From: a virus
Reading direction: 5' to 3' (one strand)
IMG/VR virus record: IMGVR_UViG_3300027575_000002
Coordinates: 1-64,000 of that record
DNA length: 64,000 nucleotides
Part shown: piece by piece, positions 46,838 through 54,961 of the stretch
How positions within the stretch are numbered: the first letter of the stretch is position 1
Layout: each line of letters opens with the position of its first letter
Program-made: the position numbers and the translations under genes
The notes under the pieces: model-generated
Database searches by the model: none
What the model was told of the DNA's origin: nothing
The model's input: only the letters and a program-made list of their open reading frames with translations

Positions 46838-46858
46838 GATTTTTCCAAATTTATACCG
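46838..46858 (-). promoter_or_regulatory. 21-nt motif GGTATAAATTTGGAAAAATCT (copy A)
   Basis: See 43482-43502. An inverted TTTATACC lies ~45 nt downstream on the same strand. Confidence 0.35.
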
Positions 46859-46890
46859 ATATCGTCGTAAGTCATTGATACGATAGGGGT

Positions 46891-47139
46891 TTAGGGCGAC
46901 GGCCGACTTCCCGTCTTGACCTTGAATCCGTGCTTTTTCCTGTGGCACGGCCTGCAATACAGCCATCCGGTCTTCGCGCTCCTGCCGCATACGATGCACA
47001 CGCCCGGCACTATCGGCTTGCTCGTTTCTGGCGCAGGGGTTGTGACCTTGATCGTGCGGCACTGTTTGCACCTGCGCTTGGACGCTCCTATCTTTTTCCT
47101 CTGACCGCATCCTGCGCACACCTTCATCTTCAGTCCCAT
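46891..47139 (-). CDS. basic multi-CxxC zinc-finger protein (first gene of leftward block)
   Basis: CAGCG...CKQC...CIVCG...CRPCH; 82 aa, very basic. Confidence 0.5.
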   Translation of the reverse strand: MGLKMKVCAGCGQRKKIGASKRRCKQCRTIKVTTPAPETSKPIVPGVCIVCGRSAKTGWLYCRPCHRKKHGFKVKTGSRPSP

Positions 47140-47526
47140 AACTTACTCATTCATTTACTTAGGTATTAAGTTATGTATGCAGCACGACCCCACCGCCTCC
47201 TCCCTCCCAACCTCCCCCCACCTCGAAATTGCGCGAGCGCAACTAACTAAGGTGGGTATGTGGGGGTATGGCGGGTGTATGGAGCGCTTACAGTACACAC
47301 AGCCGAACTGTAGGCTTGCGCGTTGCTCTTTCGTCGCTGAACTTCTCCCTTAGTGGGGCCAGATGCACGTCTGCTCCACACTCTTCCATTCCCACGGGAC
47401 TTTCACCCACAGGAGCCAGCGACTCACCCCACCTGGCCCGCGTTCAATAGTCGCTACGTGGTGATAGGGGACCACGGCGGCGCGGACGGGAGGACTTTTG
47501 TATCCCCACGATTCGGAGTACTGCGG

Positions 47527-47555
47527 TTGATTTCCGACAAGACATGCTGTATAAT
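47527..47555 (+). promoter_or_regulatory. near-consensus sigma70-type promoter TTGATT-N17-TATAAT
   Basis: -35 at 47527-47532, -10 at 47550-47555, 17-nt spacer. Confidence 0.6.
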
Positions 47556-47566
47556 GTGCTTGTCGG
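47534..47566. promoter_or_regulatory. operator-like inverted repeat CCGACAAG-N17-CTTGTCGG spanning the -10
   Basis: Perfect 8-bp arms at 47534-47541 and 47559-47566. Confidence 0.5.
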
Positions 47567-47575
47567 TATTTGTTC

Positions 47576-47615
47576 GTCCTGCCGGCTCATTCAAATGGCC
47601 GGCAGGACATTTTTA
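47576..47615 (+). terminator. promoter-proximal intrinsic terminator
   Basis: 11-bp stem GTCCTGCCGGC/GCCGGCAGGAC, 11-nt loop, then ATTTTT; starts ~20 nt after the -10. Confidence 0.65.
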
Positions 47616-47719
47616 CTATACCACACCGCCCGCGCCAATTTCAACCCCAATCCAAAAATTCCGCGTGGTACTGTCGAGGTGGTGAAGCGAATTGCAGAGT
47701 ACAAGAAGGACAACCAGTC

Positions 47720-48013
47720 ATGACCACCGCAAGAGATGGACTTCCGCACGCGCTGGCCCGCCGCAAGACCCAACTTCGCCATAAGGAGACCGGGCAAATA
47801 TGGCTCCTGGTGAGTCTCGGTCATGCGTATGGTACACCTGGGAGCACATCCTACAAGAGATTCCCGCAGTGGGAGTTGGAGTCACTAGACGGCGCGGAGC
47901 GATTCAGGATCGACGGCGCGACGCCTGCCGAGGTGCGCACGAACGCGGCCAGGGAGTTCGAGGCGACGTTCGAGTGCGTCGAACACGATTCTTGGTTGGG
48001 AGCCGGTATATAA
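47720..48013 (+). CDS. hypothetical protein
   Basis: 97 aa; first ORF of the rightward early block. Confidence 0.45.
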   Translation: MTTARDGLPHALARRKTQLRHKETGQIWLLVSLGHAYGTPGSTSYKRFPQWELESLDGAERFRIDGATPAEVRTNAAREFEATFECVEHDSWLGAGI

Positions 48014-48025
48014 TCGGAGCGTAGA

Positions 48026-48319
48026 ATGCTACAAAATATGACCCCGCTTGAACGAACCATCAGACTGCGAAGGATGAGGGACATCATCTTAGAGCACCTG
48101 AAGCCGGGCGACGTAGTGAAGCGCGTCGGCGACCGCGACGACGTATTCCTCGGCATGTTCGAGCACAAGGGATACAGACTCGGAATAGACGGTTGGTTCG
48201 GCAAGTTTGAATTCACCAACGTCAAAGGGCACAGGACCAAGTCACTGGTTGAGATGCCGTGTATACTGGAGATGTTGGGTTACGACAGGACCACACTAGA
48301 TCGGAAGGTGCAAACATGA
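48026..48319 (+). CDS. hypothetical protein
   Basis: 97 aa. Confidence 0.45.
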   Translation: MLQNMTPLERTIRLRRMRDIILEHLKPGDVVKRVGDRDDVFLGMFEHKGYRLGIDGWFGKFEFTNVKGHRTKSLVEMPCILEMLGYDRTTLDRKVQT

Positions 48320-48579
48320 AAAAAATCTACTCCCCCGCCGACTGGTTCGCACAACCCCGCACCGAACTGGTCCGTGGTATCGACTACACCTGCTCGCAGA
48401 CCTCCATCGTGCAGAAGGTGCGCAACGCCGCGTCGAAGCAGGGCGTCAGCGTGAGCGTGATAGACAACGGGGACAGGGTGGTGATATGGGTGAGGTCTAC
48501 AAAATCTTCGTGCCTAATTGGAGGCCAGTCAGGGACAACCAACTCACCGGTGCCCACCACTTCACCAAGCACAGGCTGA
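48316..48579 (+). CDS. hypothetical protein (3' tail runs into rusA frame overlap)
   Basis: ATGA coupling; the last ~30 codons overlap RusA and have weaker third-position GC. Confidence 0.35.
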   Translation: MKKIYSPADWFAQPRTELVRGIDYTCSQTSIVQKVRNAASKQGVSVSVIDNGDRVVIWVRSTKSSCLIGGQSGTTNSPVPTTSPSTG

Positions 48580-48860
48580 AGCGCGGCGACGCGGAGATGG
48601 TCACAGCGTATGCTAGGATGGCGGATATACCCAGGGCGACCACCAAGCGCAGGGTGTGGCTGGAGATAACCCTGGTCGGCAGGCAGCGCGAGTGCGACCC
48701 ACTGAGCTTTGCGAAGTCAACGCTCGACGCGCTCAAATTGTGCGGAATGCTGGTGGACGACAATTCCAAGTGGTGCGACCCGCTGTCGCCGTTCGCGCGG
48801 TACAATAGGAATGGTGAGGCTGGAACAACGATTGTTTTGGAAGACATCGAGGAGGTATAG
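48486..48860 (+). CDS. rusA: RusA-like Holliday junction resolvase
   Basis: DPLSFAKSTLDALKLCGMLVDDNSKW matches the RusA D-x-x-N/K...DD catalytic region; N-terminal YKIFVPNWRPVRDNQL. Confidence 0.7.
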   Translation: MGEVYKIFVPNWRPVRDNQLTGAHHFTKHRLKRGDAEMVTAYARMADIPRATTKRRVWLEITLVGRQRECDPLSFAKSTLDALKLCGMLVDDNSKWCDPLSPFARYNRNGEAGTTIVLEDIEEV

Positions 48861-48861
48861 C

Positions 48862-49050
48862 ATGCTGGTACTTTCACGCAGGGTGGGCGAGTCCGTAGTG
48901 CTGCGCGACCGCGACACTAACGAGGTGGTCGCCACCGTCAAGGTGGCGATGGTGGACGGTAGCAAGGTTCGCTTGGGGTTCGACGCACCGATGTCAATCC
49001 GCATCGACAGGGAGGAGATCGACCTGGAAATCAACGGAGCCACTCGATGA
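48862..49050 (+). CDS. csrA: CsrA/RsmA-family RNA-binding translational regulator
   Basis: MLVLSRRVGESVVL...KVRLGFDAPMSIRIDREEI aligns with CsrA (MLILTRRVGE...QVRIGVNAPKEVSVHREEI); 62 aa; SD GAGGAGG. Confidence 0.8.
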   Translation: MLVLSRRVGESVVLRDRDTNEVVATVKVAMVDGSKVRLGFDAPMSIRIDREEIDLEINGATR

Positions 49051-49226
49051 TTACACGCTGTGACGTATGCCTGATGTACTTCGAGGACGTGTACCGCAGT
49101 ACCATCTGCCCACACGCAGCATTCGCAGCGAACGACGGCGACAACTACTTCAGCGTGCACGACGACGCATACCTCAGCGAGTTACCGCAGGGCGAAGAAC
49201 AGGACGAGAATCAACAACAGCAATAG
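49047..49226 (+). CDS. small acidic Cys-containing protein
   Basis: 59 codons, ATGA coupling to csrA. Confidence 0.4.
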   Translation: MITRCDVCLMYFEDVYRSTICPHAAFAANDGDNYFSVHDDAYLSELPQGEEQDENQQQQ

Positions 49227-49242
49227 TCGGAGTACGGACGCT

Positions 49243-49821
49243 ATGCAGACACTTCAAACCGTAGACCACTACCAGCAGTGGCTGGACCACTACCGAAAGT
49301 GGCGAGGATGCACCAAGTGCCCCCTCCACAAGCAGCGCACCCGCATAGTTCTGGCAAGGGCGGCAAACGGCTTTCCGGCGGACCTGCTCTTCGTAGGGGA
49401 AGCCCCCGGTCAAAACGAGGACACCATCGGCCAGCCGTTCATGGGACCGGCCGGACAACTCCTCGACCAGATCGTCGAGCGCGCGGTGCCCGTGACCATG
49501 ACCACCGCGTACACAAACTTGTGCGCTTGCTTACCCAGGGAAGCCAAGAAGACCAACGACCACCGGCCTGAGAAGGCAGAGATCGAGGCGTGCCGACCGC
49601 GCTTGGACGAGATGCTGGAGATATGCTGTCCGCGCCTGGTGGTGTGTGTCGGCAAACTGGCTGCGGACTGGCTCAACGAAGACATGGAGCGGGCAGGGAC
49701 CAAGTACGTAAACATAGAACACCCGGCGTTCATACTCGCGCACATGCCTATGGCCCAAAAAGGTTTTGCGACCATGAAGTGCATAATTAAGATACGGAAC
49801 GCCATAGAGGATTTAGGATGA
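49243..49821 (+). CDS. uracil-DNA glycosylase, family 4
   Basis: CTKCPLH...LLFVGEAPGQNEDTIGQPFMGPAGQLL is the family-4 UDG signature. Confidence 0.85.
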   Translation: MQTLQTVDHYQQWLDHYRKWRGCTKCPLHKQRTRIVLARAANGFPADLLFVGEAPGQNEDTIGQPFMGPAGQLLDQIVERAVPVTMTTAYTNLCACLPREAKKTNDHRPEKAEIEACRPRLDEMLEICCPRLVVCVGKLAADWLNEDMERAGTKYVNIEHPAFILAHMPMAQKGFATMKCIIKIRNAIEDLG

Positions 49822-50033
49822 TCGACCTCATACGCAGCTACTCGCAGGACGACGAGGCCGCAAACTGCGGTCGCGGGTCGGACTTCTCCCCCGATCCCGT
49901 CTACCAAGACGAGAGCGGGGCGTGGTACTTCTGGGACGAGACGGGGGCAGACCGCGTGGGGCCATACGCCACGCAGGAGAACTGCCGCCGCGCACTGCAC
50001 GACTACGCCCTGTCTCTAGGAGATGAGCAATGA
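49818..50033 (+). CDS. small acidic protein
   Basis: 71 aa. Confidence 0.45.
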   Translation: MIDLIRSYSQDDEAANCGRGSDFSPDPVYQDESGAWYFWDETGADRVGPYATQENCRRALHDYALSLGDEQ

Positions 50034-50410
50034 TGTTAAACTTAAATGACTACTTAAATAACTACTACGAGAAGGAAGAGGCTAAGGCTCTGATAGCAGT
50101 AGGAGCCACCGGCGGGTGCGTGGTTATTACCACTAACAGCGAGTGGTTGACGACAGAAATGAATGCTGTTGGGAGCTGCAGCGCTGATGACCTCGGCATC
50201 GATTACAGTGATTGCGACGCCGGGTTGTATCTGTGGGAAGGTACGCTAAAAACAGTGAATAGCGGACCTTGGGACTGCCCCGAACCGGAAACAGAAATCA
50301 TCGGCAAAGTCAGGGAAGTGCAGGTAAGCGAATTGCCATCACTTCTGAATATGTCACCGCCAGCACAATTACTCCTGGAGGACGGCGATGCCGATACTAG
50401 CAAGTCCTAG
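50030..50410 (+). CDS. hypothetical protein (low-GC gene)
   Basis: 126 aa; A/T-rich 5' end. Confidence 0.45.
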   Translation: MMLNLNDYLNNYYEKEEAKALIAVGATGGCVVITTNSEWLTTEMNAVGSCSADDLGIDYSDCDAGLYLWEGTLKTVNSGPWDCPEPETEIIGKVREVQVSELPSLLNMSPPAQLLLEDGDADTSKS

Positions 50411-51482
50411 CATCAATCTCACCGATGAGCAGAACGACGCCATACACTACCTCACCACCAGCAAGGACCAAGTGAGAAAAATGGGTGGGTACGGAGGCAC
50501 GGGGAAGTCAACCATCGTAAGGGAGCTAGCGAGACGACTTCCGCATTGTGCAGTGTGCACGTTCACGGGCAAGGCAGCGCAGGTGCTCCGCAAGAAGGGA
50601 GTCCCGGCGTCCACGATCCACTCGCTGATCTATACCCCGACAAAAGACCCGGACACGGGCAAGGTGGTGTTCACCCTCCGACCGCCGTGGGAGTTCGCAG
50701 CGCAGACGATCCTCGTGGACGAGGCCAGCATGGTCAACAAGCGGCTGGACGCGGACCTGCGGTCGTTCGGCGCGCCGATCGTCTACATAGGAGACCACGG
50801 ACAGCTGGAGCCGGTTGGAGGTGAGGACTTCAGCCTCATGGCAAAGCCTGACATCACACTTGAGAAGATTCACCGCAATGCGGGCGAAATAGCGTACTTC
50901 GCCCAACACCTGCGCGAGGGCAATAACGCGAAGGACTGGGACGCGGAAAAGATGTTGGATGGTAGCGAGCACGAACTTGGCAAGGTCGAGATAGTCACCG
51001 CCAATCAACTCGGGGACCTCGCAATCACCGAAGACGACCAGCTAATATGTGCGTTCAACCGGACGCGGTGTGACCTAAACAGCGCAGTACGCCAGCACCT
51101 CGGCAAGCCACAGGGCACACCGGTAGAGGGCGACCGCGTGATATGCCTACAGAACAGCAGGGAGTACGCACTGTTCAACGGCATGATGGGGACCATCGCC
51201 AACCTGTACGACGACAAGGACGAGATGGTGTTCGAGTCCGGCGACTTCCGAGTGCGCGTCGGCTTCAACAGGGAGGCCTTCGGCGCGGAGAAGAAGCCAG
51301 AGCACAGCTGGCAGGACATCCCCTTCGACTGGGCATACTGTATCACGTGCCACAAGGCGCAGGGCGACGAGTTCGAGCACGCAATCGTGGTGGAGCAGAG
51401 GTGCAGCAAATGGAGCCATTCTCGCTGGAGTTATACTGCGGCGAGCCGCGCAAAGAATAAGTTGACGTGGGTACTAGCATGA
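50388..51482 (+). CDS. Dda/RecD-like SF1 helicase
   Basis: GGYGGTGKST, ILVDEASMV, IGDHGQLEPVG, ITCHKAQGDEFEHAIVV, YTAASRAKNKL. Confidence 0.8.
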   Translation: MPILASPSINLTDEQNDAIHYLTTSKDQVRKMGGYGGTGKSTIVRELARRLPHCAVCTFTGKAAQVLRKKGVPASTIHSLIYTPTKDPDTGKVVFTLRPPWEFAAQTILVDEASMVNKRLDADLRSFGAPIVYIGDHGQLEPVGGEDFSLMAKPDITLEKIHRNAGEIAYFAQHLREGNNAKDWDAEKMLDGSEHELGKVEIVTANQLGDLAITEDDQLICAFNRTRCDLNSAVRQHLGKPQGTPVEGDRVICLQNSREYALFNGMMGTIANLYDDKDEMVFESGDFRVRVGFNREAFGAEKKPEHSWQDIPFDWAYCITCHKAQGDEFEHAIVVEQRCSKWSHSRWSYTAASRAKNKLTWVLA

Positions 51483-51682
51483 TACAATACTACAAGGGCG
51501 AGCAACCGTACCCAGTCGGCGACAGCAGGAACGACCGCAAGTTTACGTTCGCAGCACCGGAGGACCACCTGATTCCACCTGCACCGGTTTCGCTGACCGC
51601 AGAGCAGTGGGAGGACATCGACAGGGACCGAGCGGAACTAGAGGACTGGCTGGACCACCTTGGAAGGACATACGATGCCTAA
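51479..51682 (+). CDS. hypothetical protein
   Basis: 67 aa, ATGA coupling. Confidence 0.4.
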   Translation: MIQYYKGEQPYPVGDSRNDRKFTFAAPEDHLIPPAPVSLTAEQWEDIDRDRAELEDWLDHLGRTYDA

Positions 51683-52028
51683 GCTCTTGGCTCCATCCCC
51701 TGCACCGACCTCGGCGATCACCGCCGCGCTGACCAAGACCCTCGACGCCAGGGCTGGCATATACGCAGTGCGCAACCGGAGCAACGGCAAGGTGTTCGTC
51801 GTCGCGCACACCTACGACCAGCGCGACCACTGGTTGGACTTCCAGACGCTGCTCGACGCGGGTGGGTGCGTGCAGCACAAGCACATACAGGCGGCGTGGA
51901 AGAAGTATGGCAGGAATTACTTCGACTGCTGGCCGCTGATCGACTGCCCTATGGTACAGTTGGAGCAGAAGCGCGTCGAGTTCATCCGCGCTTTCGAGAG
52001 CGACGACCCGAAGAGGGGGTACAACTGA
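51675..52028 (+). CDS. GIY-YIG nuclease domain protein (domain only)
   Basis: GIYAVRNRSNGKVFVVAHTYDQRDHW...HKHIQAAWKKYG fits GIY...(Y/F)(I/V)G...R...H...N-type motifs; 117 aa, no extra DNA-binding domain. Confidence 0.6.
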   Translation: MPKLLAPSPAPTSAITAALTKTLDARAGIYAVRNRSNGKVFVVAHTYDQRDHWLDFQTLLDAGGCVQHKHIQAAWKKYGRNYFDCWPLIDCPMVQLEQKRVEFIRAFESDDPKRGYN

Positions 52029-52453
52029 TGCCGATACTACAAGCTCCAACACCGCAGCTTGCCGAACTACAACCAAGACAAAAGGACTACGGTGAGTGGC
52101 AGACGAAGTTTACGCTGTTATCCACTACTCTGCAACTGGCAGTGCCATTGTGGATTGAACGTCTACGGTCATCAGGATGGGAACACATCCAAGCACGAGC
52201 CAAACAGTGCTCGCAAATTGTCGGCGAAAAGGGCGACGTAATACTGTTTCGCGGCGGTAAGAAGGGCGAGAGCGCAGCAGCATTTAATGCACTTGCGGAA
52301 GGTATTGCATGCCTAGCGTTCGCACCGGGCGGTGTCAAGATATTCGGTGAACACTGGGAGGCTTGCCAAGAAGAGGATGCGCCAGGAAGGACCAAGGCTG
52401 CTCTGTCCACTATGGTGGATGCTATGCAACGTTTGTTCAAGGAGCCATCATAA
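52028..52453 (+). CDS. hypothetical protein
   Basis: 141 aa; starts MPILQAP. Confidence 0.45.
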   Translation: MPILQAPTPQLAELQPRQKDYGEWQTKFTLLSTTLQLAVPLWIERLRSSGWEHIQARAKQCSQIVGEKGDVILFRGGKKGESAAAFNALAEGIACLAFAPGGVKIFGEHWEACQEEDAPGRTKAALSTMVDAMQRLFKEPS

Positions 52454-52701
52454 TGCCTGTACTTCAAGCACCTGAACCACAGCAGAGCAAACCAAAATTG
52501 TGCATTGTCCACAAGGACGACAAGCACTTCGCCATTAAGCACGGGCTGTGCATGGAGTGCTACACCGCAGCGAAGCGCGCCGTGGAGTCCAGCCAGGAGA
52601 CGTGGGAGGGATTCATCAGGATGGGCATAGCGACGGACGACAGCGGGGACGACAAGTTCATGCAGGCACTCAAGGGTGCGAAGATTTTGGGAGGGAAGTA
52701 G
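52453..52701 (+). CDS. hypothetical protein
   Basis: 82 aa; starts MPVLQAP; TAATG coupling. Confidence 0.45.
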   Translation: MPVLQAPEPQQSKPKLCIVHKDDKHFAIKHGLCMECYTAAKRAVESSQETWEGFIRMGIATDDSGDDKFMQALKGAKILGGK

Positions 52702-52703
52702 GG

Positions 52704-53642
52704 ATGCCGGTATTGAGCAAGGCAACGAGCGCGAACGGTGTGCAGCCGCACACACCAAGTGCATTGACCGACCTCGGTGGGTTCTTCACCAACGCGATAC
52801 CAACCACCGAACTAGTGGAGTCCTACGTCTACGTCTGTGCGTACGGCCGAAATCGATGCGGTAAGACGACACTGGCCTGTGAGTTTCCAAAACCGCTGCT
52901 GCTTGTGTCGCTAGAACCAGAAGAGAACGGCGGTGCAACGTCAGTAGCCAACGTACCCGGCATTACCCTTGAGCGCGTCCGGCACTTCTCACTCAAGGGC
53001 AGGGACGGCAGCCTGGAGCGCGTCTATGGTACACAGAAGTTCGTCGGCATGGCCGAGCAGCTCAAGAAGAGTAACCCGTTCAAAACAGTGGTGATCGACG
53101 GCGCGGTTAGTCTGCAAGACATATGCCTGTGCGAGATCGCAGGACTGACCAAGGTGCCGGAGATGCTCAAGTGGGGCGGGTTCCCGGAGGGGACGTACCA
53201 GCTCCGCGCCGAGAAGCTGCGCGAGTCGCTCCGCCCTTGGCTGGAGCTGAGGTGCAACATAGTCGTCCTCGCGCAGGAGAAGGACCACGCACCACCGCCT
53301 CCAGATCGAGGCAAGCACAAGCTGCTGGAGACCATGCAGCAAGGATCGTTCATGGCCCCGGCCATCGGGGACACCAACGCGCTGTGGCTCCAGAACCACT
53401 GTGGGTACATACTGCATATGTACGAAGACGAGGTGGTCGAGTACAAGGACGACCCCAACGCCGGCAGGTTGGAGATACGGACGGGAAAGCGGCAGAGGTT
53501 CCTGCGCTTGTTGTATCATCCTCAGTACGCAGCAGGGGGTCGATGGAGCTACGGAAAAGATGTCCCCGAATTTGTAACAGCACCGACACCCACTGGACTT
53601 TATAGGGCAATGGTACAGTACATACCTTCGCTCAAGGTATAA
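52704..53642 (+). CDS. Sak4-like (AAA_24) RecA-fold ATPase
   Basis: Walker A YGRNRCGKTT, Walker B VVIDGAVSL, VVLAQEKDH; size and context fit phage AAA_24 annealing/recombination ATPases. Confidence 0.6.
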   Translation: MPVLSKATSANGVQPHTPSALTDLGGFFTNAIPTTELVESYVYVCAYGRNRCGKTTLACEFPKPLLLVSLEPEENGGATSVANVPGITLERVRHFSLKGRDGSLERVYGTQKFVGMAEQLKKSNPFKTVVIDGAVSLQDICLCEIAGLTKVPEMLKWGGFPEGTYQLRAEKLRESLRPWLELRCNIVVLAQEKDHAPPPPDRGKHKLLETMQQGSFMAPAIGDTNALWLQNHCGYILHMYEDEVVEYKDDPNAGRLEIRTGKRQRFLRLLYHPQYAAGGRWSYGKDVPEFVTAPTPTGLYRAMVQYIPSLKV

Positions 53643-53698
53643 TGAAACCAACGATACGGTAGTCAACATTCACACCAGCCAAGGGAGAAAGTTAAACC

Positions 53699-54961
53699 AT
53701 GCCAGTCCAACAGCAGCAGTCGTCACTCGGTACGGTCCTGGGCCAGCGGCTCATGGACGCGCACAACATGAACAAGGACAAGCCGGTGGAGTTCGGGCAG
53801 ATGCGCCTGCCGACCGGCATCAAGCGCGGGGTGTTCCACCTCCAGACCATCAAGGTAGGCACGTACAAGGCCGACGTGCAGGAGACCGCGCTGCGCGGCC
53901 AAATGTACATGATGCTCGGCGGAGTCGCCGTGTCGCCGGAGCAGGAGGACGGCGAGAAGGTCGCCGGACTGTCGATGCAGAACATCATGATCCCGATGTG
54001 CGACACGCCGATCCACAACAACAAGCACACCACCAAGAAGAATTGGCCGCACGACGGGACCAAGTTCGAGGACCACTGGGGTGACTTCATCAACTTCATC
54101 CACTGGTTCGGCGTCCCGCCGTGCCAAGCCAAGACCTCGGCGGAGGTGGAGGCGTACTACATGGGTGCCGCCGCGATGCTGACGGACCCCAAGAACCCGA
54201 AGTACCAGGGTCCGCGCTACGTCAGCTTCGAGACCTACGACTTCACCCCACCTGCCGACCCCAAGAAGCCGGGTGAAAAGCCGCAGCCGATCACCCTTGA
54301 GAAGTGGCTGGGGCCGACGCAGTACACTCCGGGGACCGACCCCTCATTAAACGGCGTCGGCCACCCAAGCGATCCGCCCCCCGCTGCGGCGATGAACCCA
54401 TGCGAGCCGTTCACCGAGCCGCCGCAGGCGTCTCCGCCTCCCAGCAACCAGACCTTCGCCGAGGCGCCGACTGACCCCGCTGACGAAATCGCTGCCCTCG
54501 CTGCTCTAGCGCGGACGCAGGAGCAGAAGGCCACAGCGGAGAACCTGGCTGCGGGTGCGAAGCTCTTCGAGTACGCCAAGGCCAACGTCGGCGCGACGCA
54601 GGAGCAGTGCGAGGCCGCGACGTGGGAGCAGCTGGAATTGATGGCCCTCGGCGACAGCGGTGCGATCCCGGTCGTGACTGCCGCCGCACCACCACCAACT
54701 CAAGCAGCGCCTGCCGCTGCCCCTCCGCAGGTCAACGCCCCGGCAGTCGGCAGCAAGTGGAAGTTCGCCAAGCGCAAGCTGGACGGCACGCCACTCCTCC
54801 GCCCCGACAAGACTCCGTTCACACCGATCCCATGCGAGGTGGCGACGGTGGACACTGCGGCGAAGACCGTCACCCTCAAGGACGACAAGGGCCAGCCGGT
54901 GAAGGCGCCGGGCGGCAAGAGCGAGGCGGTGGTGAAGTGGGAGTGGCTCGAAGCGGCGTAA
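53699..54961 (+). CDS. hypothetical protein (position suggests ssDNA-binding role; unproven)
   Basis: 420 aa, globular N-terminal half, long Pro/Ala linker, small C-terminal domain. Confidence 0.5.
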   Translation: MPVQQQQSSLGTVLGQRLMDAHNMNKDKPVEFGQMRLPTGIKRGVFHLQTIKVGTYKADVQETALRGQMYMMLGGVAVSPEQEDGEKVAGLSMQNIMIPMCDTPIHNNKHTTKKNWPHDGTKFEDHWGDFINFIHWFGVPPCQAKTSAEVEAYYMGAAAMLTDPKNPKYQGPRYVSFETYDFTPPADPKKPGEKPQPITLEKWLGPTQYTPGTDPSLNGVGHPSDPPPAAAMNPCEPFTEPPQASPPPSNQTFAEAPTDPADEIAALAALARTQEQKATAENLAAGAKLFEYAKANVGATQEQCEAATWEQLELMALGDSGAIPVVTAAAPPPTQAAPAAAPPQVNAPAVGSKWKFAKRKLDGTPLLRPDKTPFTPIPCEVATVDTAAKTVTLKDDKGQPVKAPGGKSEAVVKWEWLEAA

